DNA of 64,000 bases, from the NCBI GenBank assembly GCA_965223265.1, contig OZ244999.1, positions 128,001-192,000 of the forward strand, read 5' to 3'. A program made the translations under genes and the position numbers. Source of the DNA: Planctomycetota bacterium. GTDB lineage: Bacteria; Planctomycetota; UBA8108; SXIK01. Under the pieces are notes generated by a model. The model did not search any database. It was not told the DNA's origin and worked only from the letters and a program-made list of their open reading frames with translations. This document shows positions 41,676-51,822 of the stretch, piece after piece (within the stretch, counting starts at the first letter, position 1; each line of letters opens with the position of its first letter).

Positions 41676-42752
41676 ATGCCCCGACGAGTTCTCACGCGCT
41701 GCCTCCTGAGGCCGGTCGACGTGCGGCCGCAGTTCGAGGGCTTCGAAGTCATTGGCACGTTCAATCCGGCGGCCATCGAGTTGGATGACGAGATCGCGCT
41801 CCTTGTTCGGGTAGCCGAACGACCGACCGAAACTCGCGAGGGCTACATCGCCTTGCCGTACTGGGATTGGCGGCGGTGCGAAGTGACGATCGACTGGCGT
41901 CGGTCGGATGAAGTCGAACGGATAGATCCCCGAATTGTGCGGCTGCGGCCGAGCGGGCACTTGCGGCTGACGTTCGTCTCTTGGCTCCTGGTGGCCTTCA
42001 GTCGGGACGGTCTATCGATCGATCGTTTCGGCGAGGCGCCTTTCCTGCCGGCCACGCGCTACGAAACCTTTGGGGTGGAGGACCCACGGCTGGCGAAGTT
42101 GGACGACCGTTTCTACTTCACCTACGTGGCCGTTTCCGAACACGGCGTGGCCACGGCCCTCGCGTCGACCACCGATTTCCGCTCTTTCGAGAGACACGGG
42201 ATCATCTTCTGCCCGGAGAACAAGGACGTGATCCTGTTTCCGGAAAAAATCGATGGCGGGTACGTGGCCCTACACCGGCCCAACCCGAACGCCCACTTCT
42301 GTCGACCCGAGGTCTGGATCGCCCGCTCTCCCGACCTCCGCCACTGGGGTGATCACGCGCGTTTGCTGGGAACCGAGGCGGTTTGGGCGACCCTCAAAGT
42401 CGGCGGGGGCACTCCGCCCGTGCGCACCGGCCGTGGTTGGCTGTCGCTCTTTCATGGGCACATCGAGTCCGAGCAGACGGGCGAAGTTGGAGAGTACGCC
42501 GCCGGGGCGATGCTCCTCGACTTGAAGGATCCGCAGCGGGTCGTTGGCTTGTCCCCGCATCCAGTGATGCGAGCCGAGGCCGAATTCGAGCGCACCGGCT
42601 TCCTGCCGGGGATCGTCTTTCCGACAGCGATAGTAGGCCGTGGCGACGAACTGGACGTCTACTACGGGGCAGCCGACACGGCCACGGGGGTCGCGCGGTA
42701 TTCGTTGGAAGAGCTTCTCGCGGGTACAAAGCCCAAGCCCGGTGTCGTTTGA
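41676..42752 (+). CDS. GH130 glycoside phosphorylase/hydrolase
   Basis: TFNPAA, GVEDPR, NKDVILFPEKI, LHRP, IVFP, YYGAAD. Confidence 0.9.
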   Translation: MPRRVLTRCLLRPVDVRPQFEGFEVIGTFNPAAIELDDEIALLVRVAERPTETREGYIALPYWDWRRCEVTIDWRRSDEVERIDPRIVRLRPSGHLRLTFVSWLLVAFSRDGLSIDRFGEAPFLPATRYETFGVEDPRLAKLDDRFYFTYVAVSEHGVATALASTTDFRSFERHGIIFCPENKDVILFPEKIDGGYVALHRPNPNAHFCRPEVWIARSPDLRHWGDHARLLGTEAVWATLKVGGGTPPVRTGRGWLSLFHGHIESEQTGEVGEYAAGAMLLDLKDPQRVVGLSPHPVMRAEAEFERTGFLPGIVFPTAIVGRGDELDVYYGAADTATGVARYSLEELLAGTKPKPGVV

Positions 42753-42760
42753 GGCCGACT

Positions 42761-44239
42761 TCACATCAGGCGGGCGAGCAGTTGTTCCAACGAGACCGTC
42801 GCAAAGCGAGTCATCGTGTCCGACGTCGCAAACGGGATGTACACGTACCCCTTGTGGATCATCGCCCCACAGGTGTAAACCACGTTGGGCACGTAACCGT
42901 CGCGCTCCTTATCGGTCGGCATGATCAGTGGCTCGTCAAGGATGCCGATCACCCTGAGCGGATCTTCCAGGTCCAAGAGCATCGCGCCGATGCAGTACGT
43001 CCGCATCGGCCCCACGCCATGTGTCAAGACGAGCCACCCTTCGGGCGTCTCCAGCGGCGAGCCGCAATTGCCGATCTGTACGAACTCCCAGGGGCTTCTT
43101 GGGGTCTGTAGCAACTCGGCGGTCTCCCAGAAATGGACGATATCGGAACGCATGATGTAGAGGTTCTCGCCGTCGATCCGTGAGCACATCACGTAATGGC
43201 CACCGATGCGACGGGGAAACAGCGCCATGCCCTTGTTTTGCGCCCGGGCACCGTTGAGCGTGTGGACGCCGATTCTGAGGAAGTCGGTTGTCTCGATCAA
43301 CTGCGGGAGAATCCGGTAGCCGTCGAACGCCGTGCAGGTGCCGTAGTAGGTCACTGAGTCGTCATCGTCGACGAAGCGAACCATCCGCAGGTCCTCGATC
43401 CCGCGGCTCTCGTTGCTGGTTTGCGGAAAAATGACCATCTCGGAGACCTCGGCCTCGCGCGAGAGCTCGAGCTGGTAATTTGACCGCGCGAGCCATCGGA
43501 TCCCCTGTATGGTCTCTTCGGACTGGAGCGTGTCAGGCGCCGCCTCGCGCGCGGCGGTGATAGCGTGCTCCAGTTCGGCCATGTTGAACGAGTCACCGAG
43601 TCGGTCTAGCACGAGATTCACCGCGCGCTCGTACACCCCGATGTCATTCAGCTTGCGGTGAAAGAGCCGCTTGTCGTATTCCTTATCGGGAAAGACGCCG
43701 ATCGGATGGGCGAACCGCCCGGACGAGTCCAGCTCGATCTCGTGGTCAGAGTGAATCATACCTGTGCGGAAGACGATCGAGGAGACGTGTCCCTCGCCCG
43801 TGGCGCGCAGGCTCATGATGAAGCGCACGGCGCCATCGGGCAACTCCGGCTGGCTCGGGTGGGCGACGATCGACGGATTGAACAGCGCCGCCGATTCGAT
43901 CGAATACTCCATGGTAAAGTAGGAGCCGATCAGCAGTCGGCGGTCGTGCTCCAGGTCGTCCGATTCGCCGACCATCGACATGACGTTTCGGTAGTGCTGT
44001 TCGAAGACCGCGGCAATGTTGCTGTGCCGGGTGCGGAAGCGCTCAAGGACGAGTTCCAGCAATCGCGCGACCTCGGTGTCGGAAAGCTGCGCGACCCGCT
44101 GAACGATGTTTTGAATTCGGGCCTCGCCACCGGGATCGAAGAACCGGGTGATGACGCGGCGCATGTCGCTGGTGAACGTGACGGGCAGGCGCCTGACGGC
44201 GATCGGATTCGAGCTGCTGTGCTTTCTTACTGGCGTCAT
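42761..44239 (-). CDS. GH130 protein with N-terminal extension
   Basis: EYSIESAALFNPS, GIEDLR, NKGMALFPR, GYVPNVVYTCG; start inferred at MTPVRK. Confidence 0.88.
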   Translation of the reverse strand: MTPVRKHSSSNPIAVRRLPVTFTSDMRRVITRFFDPGGEARIQNIVQRVAQLSDTEVARLLELVLERFRTRHSNIAAVFEQHYRNVMSMVGESDDLEHDRRLLIGSYFTMEYSIESAALFNPSIVAHPSQPELPDGAVRFIMSLRATGEGHVSSIVFRTGMIHSDHEIELDSSGRFAHPIGVFPDKEYDKRLFHRKLNDIGVYERAVNLVLDRLGDSFNMAELEHAITAAREAAPDTLQSEETIQGIRWLARSNYQLELSREAEVSEMVIFPQTSNESRGIEDLRMVRFVDDDDSVTYYGTCTAFDGYRILPQLIETTDFLRIGVHTLNGARAQNKGMALFPRRIGGHYVMCSRIDGENLYIMRSDIVHFWETAELLQTPRSPWEFVQIGNCGSPLETPEGWLVLTHGVGPMRTYCIGAMLLDLEDPLRVIGILDEPLIMPTDKERDGYVPNVVYTCGAMIHKGYVYIPFATSDTMTRFATVSLEQLLARLM

Positions 44240-44501
44240 CCAAAGATTATACCCGATTCTCAGTTCGGTGGGGATGGCTCTCGGGATCGTTGGAACTCTG
44301 CGGACGTCGTGGTCCGTCCGTGGTCCGGTGGATCCGACGGGGCGTCCATGTTCTGGCGGTTTGGCGGTGAAGATGAGACCATAGCCGGAGAAGACGCCTC
44401 CCGGAACTCGGTGGAGGTTGATTTTGGTATGGTTCACGGTCACCGACGGAGACGTCCAACGGATTCTCCAGACCACTACTCTCTTATTACACGATCACAC
44501 G

Positions 44502-45560
44502 ATGCCTGCGGTTGACCCCTCGAGCATGCGTATCGCGATGCTCGGCCCCATTTCGTGGCGAACGCCTCCGCGTCACTATGGACCTTGGGAGCTGTTCGTC
44601 TCGATGCTGACGGAGGGCCTGGTTGAACGAGGGGTCGACGTGACGCTGTTCGCCACCGCCGACTCGATCACGAAAGCGCGTCTCATCGCGACGGCCGTCC
44701 GGGGCTACTCAGAAGACCCTGACATCGAACCGAAGGTCTGGGAGGGTCTCCACATCTCCCAAGTGTTCGAGCGGTCAGGGGAGTTCGACCTGATCCACAA
44801 CAACTTCGACTACCTCCCGCTGACGTACAGCCGGCTCGTCGGCACTCCCGTGCTTACGACGATTCATGGGTTCTCATCGGAGCGCATCCTGCCAGTCTAT
44901 GAGAAGTACAACGGCCACGGCTACTACGTCGCCATCAGTGACGCGGATCGCAACGAGAAACTCGATTACATCGCTACCGTTCACCATGGCATTGTGCTCG
45001 ACGACTTCGACCTCAGCGCTGAACCTGGCGACTACCTACTCTTTTTTGGGCGAATCCATCATGACAAGGGCGCGGCTGAGGCGATTCGCGTCGCTCGACG
45101 GAGTGGACTTCCGCTGGTGATCGCCGGCATCATCCAGGACCAGGCGTACTTCGATTCCGAGGTTGCCCCGCATCTCGACGACGAGACAGTTCGCTACGTC
45201 GGCCCAGTTGGACCCCAGCGCCGAAATGAGCTGTTGGGCGGAGCTCTCGCTCTCCTTCACCTCATCAACTTTGATGAGCCGTTCGGCCTCAGTGTGGTGG
45301 AAGGCATGGCGTGCGGAACGCCGGTGGTCGCTGTGGAGCGCGGCTCGATGCCGGAGCTGATCGAGCACGGTGTCGACGGGTTTCTCGTCGATGGAATTGA
45401 CGCGGCGATCGAGGCCGTCGCGGCCGTCCCGAGCCTCGATCGTCGCCGAGTCAGACAGACGATCGAGGACCGCTTCACTCACGACCGGATGGTCGACGAG
45501 TACATCGCAGTGTACCAGCAGGTGCTCGAGCTGCGTACGACTGGGATACCACGCCCATGA
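44502..45560 (+). CDS. GT4 glycosyltransferase
   Basis: TPPRHYGPWE, GRIHHDKG, EPFGLSVVEGMACGTPV. Confidence 0.92.
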   Translation: MPAVDPSSMRIAMLGPISWRTPPRHYGPWELFVSMLTEGLVERGVDVTLFATADSITKARLIATAVRGYSEDPDIEPKVWEGLHISQVFERSGEFDLIHNNFDYLPLTYSRLVGTPVLTTIHGFSSERILPVYEKYNGHGYYVAISDADRNEKLDYIATVHHGIVLDDFDLSAEPGDYLLFFGRIHHDKGAAEAIRVARRSGLPLVIAGIIQDQAYFDSEVAPHLDDETVRYVGPVGPQRRNELLGGALALLHLINFDEPFGLSVVEGMACGTPVVAVERGSMPELIEHGVDGFLVDGIDAAIEAVAAVPSLDRRRVRQTIEDRFTHDRMVDEYIAVYQQVLELRTTGIPRP

Positions 45561-46780
45561 TGCCCCTTGAGGACGGCGGGCAATTTCGTTTGGGCATCAA
45601 CTACTGGCCGGCCCATGTCGGGATGAGGTGGTGGCAGCGGTTCGATCTCGAGACGGTCGCCGCCGACTTTGTGCGCATTCGGCGTGCCGGTTTCGATTCC
45701 GTTCGCCTGTTTCTCTTGTGGGAGGACTTTCAGCCCGACGCGATGGAGGTGAGCAGGGCGGCTCTCCGCCGCCTTGTTAGCGTAGCTGACGCTGCGGGGG
45801 AGGCCGGTCTCGATCTTATGCCCACCCTGTTCACCGGCCACATGAGTGGCGTCAACTGGATACCGGCGTGGGCGCTGGGGGGCACCGAGGGCGACGAACG
45901 ATTTCGGGTGGTCAGCGGTGGCGTGCCGACGAAGGCGGGCCTCCGCAATTGGTATGTCGACGACGACATGCTCGCTTCCCAGGAGCTCATGGCGGTCGAG
46001 GCCGCCCGCGCGTTGAAGGGGCACGCGGCAGTGTGGGCATGGGACCTCGGGAACGAGAACTCCAATTGCGTGATCCCTCCGAACCGCGAGGCAGGCCGCA
46101 GGTGGCTGGCCCGCATGACCAGAGCGATCCACTCCGCCGATCCGGAGCGGCCCATCACCTTGGGCCTCCACATGGAGGATCTCGAGGAGGATCGGAGGAT
46201 CGGCCCGGCCGAAGCCGCCGCGTACTGTGATTTCCTTTGCATGCACGGATATCCTATTTACGCCAACTGGGCAGTCGGTCCCACCGACGAGCTTGTCCTG
46301 CCCTTTCTCGCTGCGATCACTAGCTGGTTGGGTGGCGGGAAGGATGTACTGTTCGCTGAGTTCGGTCTGCCCACCTACCGCGGAGGCGATCCGGAGCTTG
46401 AGCGCCATCGGGCGGCCAGCTCTTCGGCGCTCATCGAAGAGTCTGAGGCCGCCGCGTACATCGAGCGAGGGCTCAGTGGGCTCCACAAGTGTGGAACCAC
46501 CGGCGCCATGTTGTGGTGCTACGCCGACTACGACCCGCTCATCTGGCACGAGCCGCCTTTCGACGTGGCCATGCACGAACGCTTCTTCGGCCTTTGGCGG
46601 GCGGATGCAACGCCCAAGCCGGCCTTAGCAGAGGTAGCCGCTCACTCCGGCAGAACTCGCGTTGGACGGCCGGACGACTGGCGATGGATCGACCTGGATC
46701 CGGCCGAGTACTACCAGCGTCCCCGAGTTCACCTCGAGCGGCTCTACTCTCGGTTCCGAGAGCGGTATCGGCCGAGCTGA
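45557..46780 (+). CDS. Clan GH-A glycoside hydrolase (GH5-like, beta-mannosidase/mannanase-like)
   Basis: GINYWP, VRLFLLWEDFQP, WDLGNE (acid/base), MHGY, AEFG (nucleophile), LWC. Confidence 0.82.
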   Translation: MMPLEDGGQFRLGINYWPAHVGMRWWQRFDLETVAADFVRIRRAGFDSVRLFLLWEDFQPDAMEVSRAALRRLVSVADAAGEAGLDLMPTLFTGHMSGVNWIPAWALGGTEGDERFRVVSGGVPTKAGLRNWYVDDDMLASQELMAVEAARALKGHAAVWAWDLGNENSNCVIPPNREAGRRWLARMTRAIHSADPERPITLGLHMEDLEEDRRIGPAEAAAYCDFLCMHGYPIYANWAVGPTDELVLPFLAAITSWLGGGKDVLFAEFGLPTYRGGDPELERHRAASSSALIEESEAAAYIERGLSGLHKCGTTGAMLWCYADYDPLIWHEPPFDVAMHERFFGLWRADATPKPALAEVAAHSGRTRVGRPDDWRWIDLDPAEYYQRPRVHLERLYSRFRERYRPS

Positions 46781-47023
46781 CGGGAGGACGCAAACTGACC
46801 CCGGCTCGCCAACCTCTCTTGCCGACCGCGCACCCAGTGCGGTCCTTGCACGCCGGTGCCTAAAGACCCCGGGCGTTCGATGGACATAACGATCTCGACA
46901 GTGTCCACGGGCCAGTACTTGTTCGGTCTCGAAAGCACCAATGCGACTTTCGGCATCAGAGATGCTGACAGAAGGATGCTGAAAAAAAACGACCCTCCGT
47001 CCTTGCGTCCCCAGTATCGTGAA

Positions 47024-47770
47024 TCATGGGTCAGTTAGTGTTAGCAGAATATCGGCATACCACGAGCAGTTCAGTCCGAGAGCCTCGTCCAGTTCAACGT
47101 CCCGTGTACCAGAATCAAATCGTGCCGAGTGGACGCCGAGCAGTGTCCAACGTAGATCACCCGAGAACGAATCTTGCCGCGGAGCGCGCATCACGACGGG
47201 CGCGCCACTGGTGCCCCGATGAGTGCGGGCGTCGGTGAGGAAGTATCCCTTGCCCTGGAACCTCAGGCCGAAGGCAGAGGCGACTACCGCATGTCGCACT
47301 ACTGGAAAATGGTGAAGAGTATCGTGGAAACCCAGCGGAAACCCTACCACCGAGAGCGTGGTACCGACCTCAACCCGATCTTCCGGATTGTAAAGATGCC
47401 CGGGTGTAAATGCACTGTAAACCGTCGCATCAGGCAATGCAGCACGTTCGATCTCGATCACGGCGACATCGACCTCGCCGGCGCCGTCGACTCCCTGGCG
47501 CCACGTGCTCTTGCCGTCGCGGTAGAGCGGCATCGAAAACCCAATCGACTGGGTCATGTTCTCGGAGTCGACGTGCAACTCAATGTTGATGCGATCAGGG
47601 AAGTGATTACTCGGCTTGTCAATCAGCACGTGTCGGCTTGTCACCAGGAACAATCGTTCGTCGCGCTCGAAGAAAAACCCACTCGCGTTGGTCAGGAGGC
47701 TCGCTTTTTCAAAGGTGAAGACGGGCGTCGTGGCAAGCAGAAGAGGTTCGACCCTAGGCATCGATCCCAC
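47024..47770 (-). CDS. Trypsin-like serine protease
   Basis: LVTSRHV, DVAV, GTSGAPV, LLGVHS. Confidence 0.85.
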   Translation of the reverse strand: MGSMPRVEPLLLATTPVFTFEKASLLTNASGFFFERDERLFLVTSRHVLIDKPSNHFPDRINIELHVDSENMTQSIGFSMPLYRDGKSTWRQGVDGAGEVDVAVIEIERAALPDATVYSAFTPGHLYNPEDRVEVGTTLSVVGFPLGFHDTLHHFPVVRHAVVASAFGLRFQGKGYFLTDARTHRGTSGAPVVMRAPRQDSFSGDLRWTLLGVHSARFDSGTRDVELDEALGLNCSWYADILLTLTDP

Positions 47771-47851
47771 CCATCAAGATACAGCGACCAAAAAACACCG
47801 CCCAGGTTGAAGATTGCATATCCGCAGGTATCGCACCGTGTATGCTAACAG

Positions 47852-49591
47852 CTAACCGGGGTGCATAGTCTTCTCGATCACCTCTGAGCGTTCGAGGACT
47901 TCCCGCACTTGTTGCGGCGTTCGGCACTGAAGAGCCCGATCAGCGACTTGCGACGCATCACGGCAACGGACATGCCGCAATGCGTCACGCACACCGGCGG
48001 CTTGAGTGGGGCTCAAGCTCAGTTCTCGCACGCCCAGTCCGACCAGTAAGCAGGCGAAGTGCGCAATCCCGGCCTCTTCGCCGCACACGCAGACAGGACA
48101 TTGCCATCTTTCCGTCGCCTCAACAATTTGCCTGATCGCTCTCAGAACTGCGGGGTGCATAGCAGTGCAGTCGTCCGTCACCTCGCAGCAATCCCGATCC
48201 AGCGCGAGCATGTACTGCGTCAAATCGTTGGTGCCGAGGGCCACGAAATCAGCCAAGTCGAGAATCTCGTCCAAGGCATACAGTGCCGCCGGAGTTTCTA
48301 TCATCGCCCCAATAGGAGGTCTTCTTAGCAAGCTCAGTTCCTCGACGACAGTATCGACCGCCTCGATGGCCCGGGCAAAGTCGTCGCTGCCAATGACCAT
48401 CGGAAACAGGATTCGTACGTCCGACGCTTGCGCTACATATAGGATGGCACGTAACTGCGTATCAAGGAGAGTTCGCTCGGCCAGTGAGAATCGCAAACCC
48501 CGCAGGTGAAGGCTAGTACGCCTTTGCGATCCCTCCTCCGACAGGAGAAAGGGCGGAAGTTTGTCACCGCCAAGATCGAAGGTGCGGATGACCAACCGCA
48601 GGCCATCGAGGCTTCTCGCCATGCTGTCGTAAATCTCCAGCTGCATCGGATAATCCGGACGCTCGTGCGATTCGATGAAGAGAAACTCCGTGCGAAATAG
48701 CCCCGCACCGACAAGATTGTGTTTCGCGACGCGCTCAACCTCATCGGGGCGGCCGATATTGGCTAGCAGCGAGATTTCAATGCCGTCCTCAGTGACACAC
48801 GGGAGTTTCTCGTCAACCGCGATCGATGTTGCGAGACTCTCGTATTTCCGCTTCCGCTTTAGGAAACTCTCCTCGTCCGACGGTGAGGGAGCGACCACCA
48901 CGCCTCCCGTCTCACCATCTACAAGCAATCGCACGCCGGCATGAATCAGCCCAGTGACGTCGGAGATTCCCGTAACCGCGGGAATACCTAACGACGTGGC
49001 CACGATGGCTGTGTGGCTGTATTTCCCTCCGTGTTCGGATACGATCGCGATGATTCCGGACTTTGCGAGCTCGACGGTTTCCGACGGCAGTAGTTCCCTG
49101 GCCACGATGACCGATCCGCGCGGCAAGGGTTCGTTGGTCCAAGGCGGAGAACCCTCCAAGTGCCGCATGATCCGCCGTCCCACGTCACGGACGTCTTGTT
49201 CGCGCTCGCGAAAATAGGCGCTATCCAGTCGTTCCAGACGCTCGACGAAGTCGCGGATCACCGAATCGAGCGCGTGCTCCACGTTGACAAACTCGCGGCC
49301 GATGTGTCGCTTCACCAGCGCGCCGATTTCGTTCGCGATTTCCGAATGGGCGGACAACAGGGCCCCACAGTCGGCGAGCCGTGGCTCGCTCGAGGCAGTC
49401 CGCTCGACGATCTTCAAGGCCTGACTGGATTGTTCCAAGGCGTCGTCGAGCCGTTGACATTCCGGCTCGACTTCTGAATGCGATATCGCACGACGTGGCA
49501 ACTCGAGCTTGCGTTCAATCTCATAGTCGTAAACAACGGCGATTCCACTGGCGTAACCAGCAGAAACAGGAATCCCTTGCAGGCGCAGCAT
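47852..49591 (-). CDS. ptsI: PEP-protein phosphotransferase (PTS Enzyme I)
   Basis: GGKYSHTAIVA, GLFRTEF, RTFDLGGDK, MIETP, GTNDLTQY, VCGE. Confidence 0.88.
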   Translation of the reverse strand: MLRLQGIPVSAGYASGIAVVYDYEIERKLELPRRAISHSEVEPECQRLDDALEQSSQALKIVERTASSEPRLADCGALLSAHSEIANEIGALVKRHIGREFVNVEHALDSVIRDFVERLERLDSAYFREREQDVRDVGRRIMRHLEGSPPWTNEPLPRGSVIVARELLPSETVELAKSGIIAIVSEHGGKYSHTAIVATSLGIPAVTGISDVTGLIHAGVRLLVDGETGGVVVAPSPSDEESFLKRKRKYESLATSIAVDEKLPCVTEDGIEISLLANIGRPDEVERVAKHNLVGAGLFRTEFLFIESHERPDYPMQLEIYDSMARSLDGLRLVIRTFDLGGDKLPPFLLSEEGSQRRTSLHLRGLRFSLAERTLLDTQLRAILYVAQASDVRILFPMVIGSDDFARAIEAVDTVVEELSLLRRPPIGAMIETPAALYALDEILDLADFVALGTNDLTQYMLALDRDCCEVTDDCTAMHPAVLRAIRQIVEATERWQCPVCVCGEEAGIAHFACLLVGLGVRELSLSPTQAAGVRDALRHVRCRDASQVADRALQCRTPQQVREVLERSEVIEKTMHPG

Positions 49592-49597
49592 TCGAAT

Positions 49598-50674
49598 CTA
49601 CTTCCCCACTGCTGTCTGAGCCCTGACCCTTCGCTTCGCACTCTCGCTACGCCGGAGGTCTCTGAGATGGCGGAAGCTGACCAGTTTCTTCGCTGACTCA
49701 TCCCAAAGACGGAAACTGATTGACTTGAGGCTGGAGAACAACGTCACCGGCTTCACGTCCTTGAACATCGGGTCAGCCTCATGGCATTTCTCGAGGTTGT
49801 AGTTGGGAATCCGCGGACTGAGATGATGGATGTGATGAAACCCGATGTTCCCAGAGAACCACTGCAGGATTCTCGGCAGCTTGTAGAACGAACTTCCCTT
49901 CAGCGCCGCCGCAGTGTAATCCCAGTCCTCGCCGCGCTCCCAGTAAACGTCTTCGAACTGGTGCTGGACGTAGAACAGCCAGACCCCCGCGGAACCAGCC
50001 ACGACCATCGCTGTGAACTGGATCACGAGATACGGCACAATGCCGAAGATCATGCTCAACGCGGCCGCCATTCCGAGGACCGCAAGATTCATCGCCCACA
50101 CCGAGTGCCGTTCTCGCCGACTCGCTCTGGGCGACGGAAGCCGCTGCCAGCCCACGAATAGGACAAGGGGAACAATCACGAACAGTACGACCGGGTTGCG
50201 GGCCAGCCGGTAGGCGAAGCGCTTCCAACGGGACGATTCGAGGTACTCCTGAACCGTTAGCGTCCAGATGTCACCGACGCCACGCCGATCCAGATCACCC
50301 GCTGCTCCATGGTGGATTGAGTGCTCCCATCGCCAGTGGTAGTAGGGCGTGAACGTGAGAAGCCCCGAGATGAATCCCCAGAAAGCGTTGGCGGTTCGCG
50401 ACTTGAGAAACGAACCGTGACCGCAGTCATGAAAAATGATGAAAGTCCGCACCAGCAACCCTCCCGCCAGGACCGCCAGCGGCAGCGTAATCCACCAGGA
50501 CACGCTCAGGCTGAGATACATAAGATACCAGAGACCAGCATAGGAGCCGATCGTGTTGACGATCTGCCACGAGGCTCGCCAAAAACTGGGCTTCTGATGT
50601 TCGGCCAAGATCCCCTTCCACGCCGCAATCTCCGCGCGACGCTTGCCCTTGATCGAATTTGAATCCTCCGCCAT
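49598..50674 (-). CDS. Membrane fatty acid desaturase (Bacillus Des-like)
   Basis: His boxes HDCGH, HSIHH, HHIHH; LFYVQHQFE. Confidence 0.93.
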   Translation of the reverse strand: MAEDSNSIKGKRRAEIAAWKGILAEHQKPSFWRASWQIVNTIGSYAGLWYLMYLSLSVSWWITLPLAVLAGGLLVRTFIIFHDCGHGSFLKSRTANAFWGFISGLLTFTPYYHWRWEHSIHHGAAGDLDRRGVGDIWTLTVQEYLESSRWKRFAYRLARNPVVLFVIVPLVLFVGWQRLPSPRASRRERHSVWAMNLAVLGMAAALSMIFGIVPYLVIQFTAMVVAGSAGVWLFYVQHQFEDVYWERGEDWDYTAAALKGSSFYKLPRILQWFSGNIGFHHIHHLSPRIPNYNLEKCHEADPMFKDVKPVTLFSSLKSISFRLWDESAKKLVSFRHLRDLRRSESAKRRVRAQTAVGK

Positions 50675-50721
50675 TCGGTTCCTCTGGGTTTCTTTGGCAT
50701 CGCTAATCAAGCCACGCATTA

Positions 50722-51150
50722 TCAGCCTTCTCCGCCGATATCTCGGTCGGCTTCTCGAATCAGTTTAGACTCCAGATTCTGATGCCTCTTGACCGCGTCG
50801 ATGAGCAAAGCGGTTGCCTTGTGTAGTTCATGTACCGCGGGCGTGCCGTCTTCATCTCTCCGGACAGACAGCTGCAAGACAACCGCTGCCTGCGGCAGCA
50901 GCCTTCTGACGTTCTCGTGGAATTTGGCGCAAAGCGAAATGAGACGAGGATGAGCCCGTGCAATCTCCTTGAAGAACTCCGATGTCCCTGCCTCGAGCGC
51001 CTCGGCATTGAGGGCTTGCTCAAGCGAGTCAAGGTATTGATTCGCTTTAGCTGCCCACCGAGCCTCGCGGTCTGTGTATGACTCTCCAAGTAACTTCGTC
51101 AGCCGATCCAGCGACTCGCGCACGCACATGTTCGACCGCTCTGTATCCAT
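50722..51150 (-). CDS. Hemerythrin-like four-helix hypothetical protein
   Basis: Helical; KFHE and RHQNLE motifs; in the same operon as its neighbours. Confidence 0.55.
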   Translation of the reverse strand: MDTERSNMCVRESLDRLTKLLGESYTDREARWAAKANQYLDSLEQALNAEALEAGTSEFFKEIARAHPRLISLCAKFHENVRRLLPQAAVVLQLSVRRDEDGTPAVHELHKATALLIDAVKRHQNLESKLIREADRDIGGEG

Positions 51151-51159
51151 TCTTACCCT

Positions 51160-51687
51160 CTATTCCGCTCGCGGAGTTAGCCGCGACTGCGTCGCTTCCA
51201 ACGCGCGGCAGCGGTCTCGGACGGAGCGAAACGGCATGCCCTCCTCCCGTTCATACCGCTCTGCTCGGAGGAACCAGAACGCCAAACCGCCGGTGTTGTG
51301 GTACGCGCCCGGCGTAGTCTCGCCAGAGACCACCGCCGCGCGAACGCCTAGAGATCCCTTTCTGCCCGTCTTTCGCCATCCGCGCCGCTCCATGATCATG
51401 CGAACGAGCACGCCGATCGCCTGCCGCAGTCGTTTCGCGCGACTGGGGTGTTGCGCAGCGAGGAACTCCTCGATGGCGGGTTGCGACTCGAGCTCCCGGA
51501 CTACGCCAGCTAGAGGGGCCCTGTCGTGGTGGATCTCGGATTCTTCCATGCGACGTTGCCGATCCTCATCGTTGAAAAACTCGAGCACCCGGTCGAAGGG
51601 TGCTTCCGGATCACCCACCACGTCGGCGAACGTCTTGCCTCGCGGTTCCTCAAGGAACTCTTCCAGGGTGAAGGTCAAGTGGTTCAT
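51160..51687 (-). CDS. Hypothetical protein
   Basis: Coding-like ORF 9 bp upstream of the next gene; GRKGSLG..FWFLRAERY. Confidence 0.7.
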   Translation of the reverse strand: MNHLTFTLEEFLEEPRGKTFADVVGDPEAPFDRVLEFFNDEDRQRRMEESEIHHDRAPLAGVVRELESQPAIEEFLAAQHPSRAKRLRQAIGVLVRMIMERRGWRKTGRKGSLGVRAAVVSGETTPGAYHNTGGLAFWFLRAERYEREEGMPFRSVRDRCRALEATQSRLTPRAE

Positions 51688-51822
51688 TTGGCACCTGAAT
51701 CGTGAGTGGATAGCTAATTACAGGTTTTGCACGTTCAAATTTTGCACCTACAAATATGGTATCAGATAAGCTCGCATTTTCAAGGACTGGTAGGCCCCTT
51801 TGAACAAACGACTTGTAGGAGG

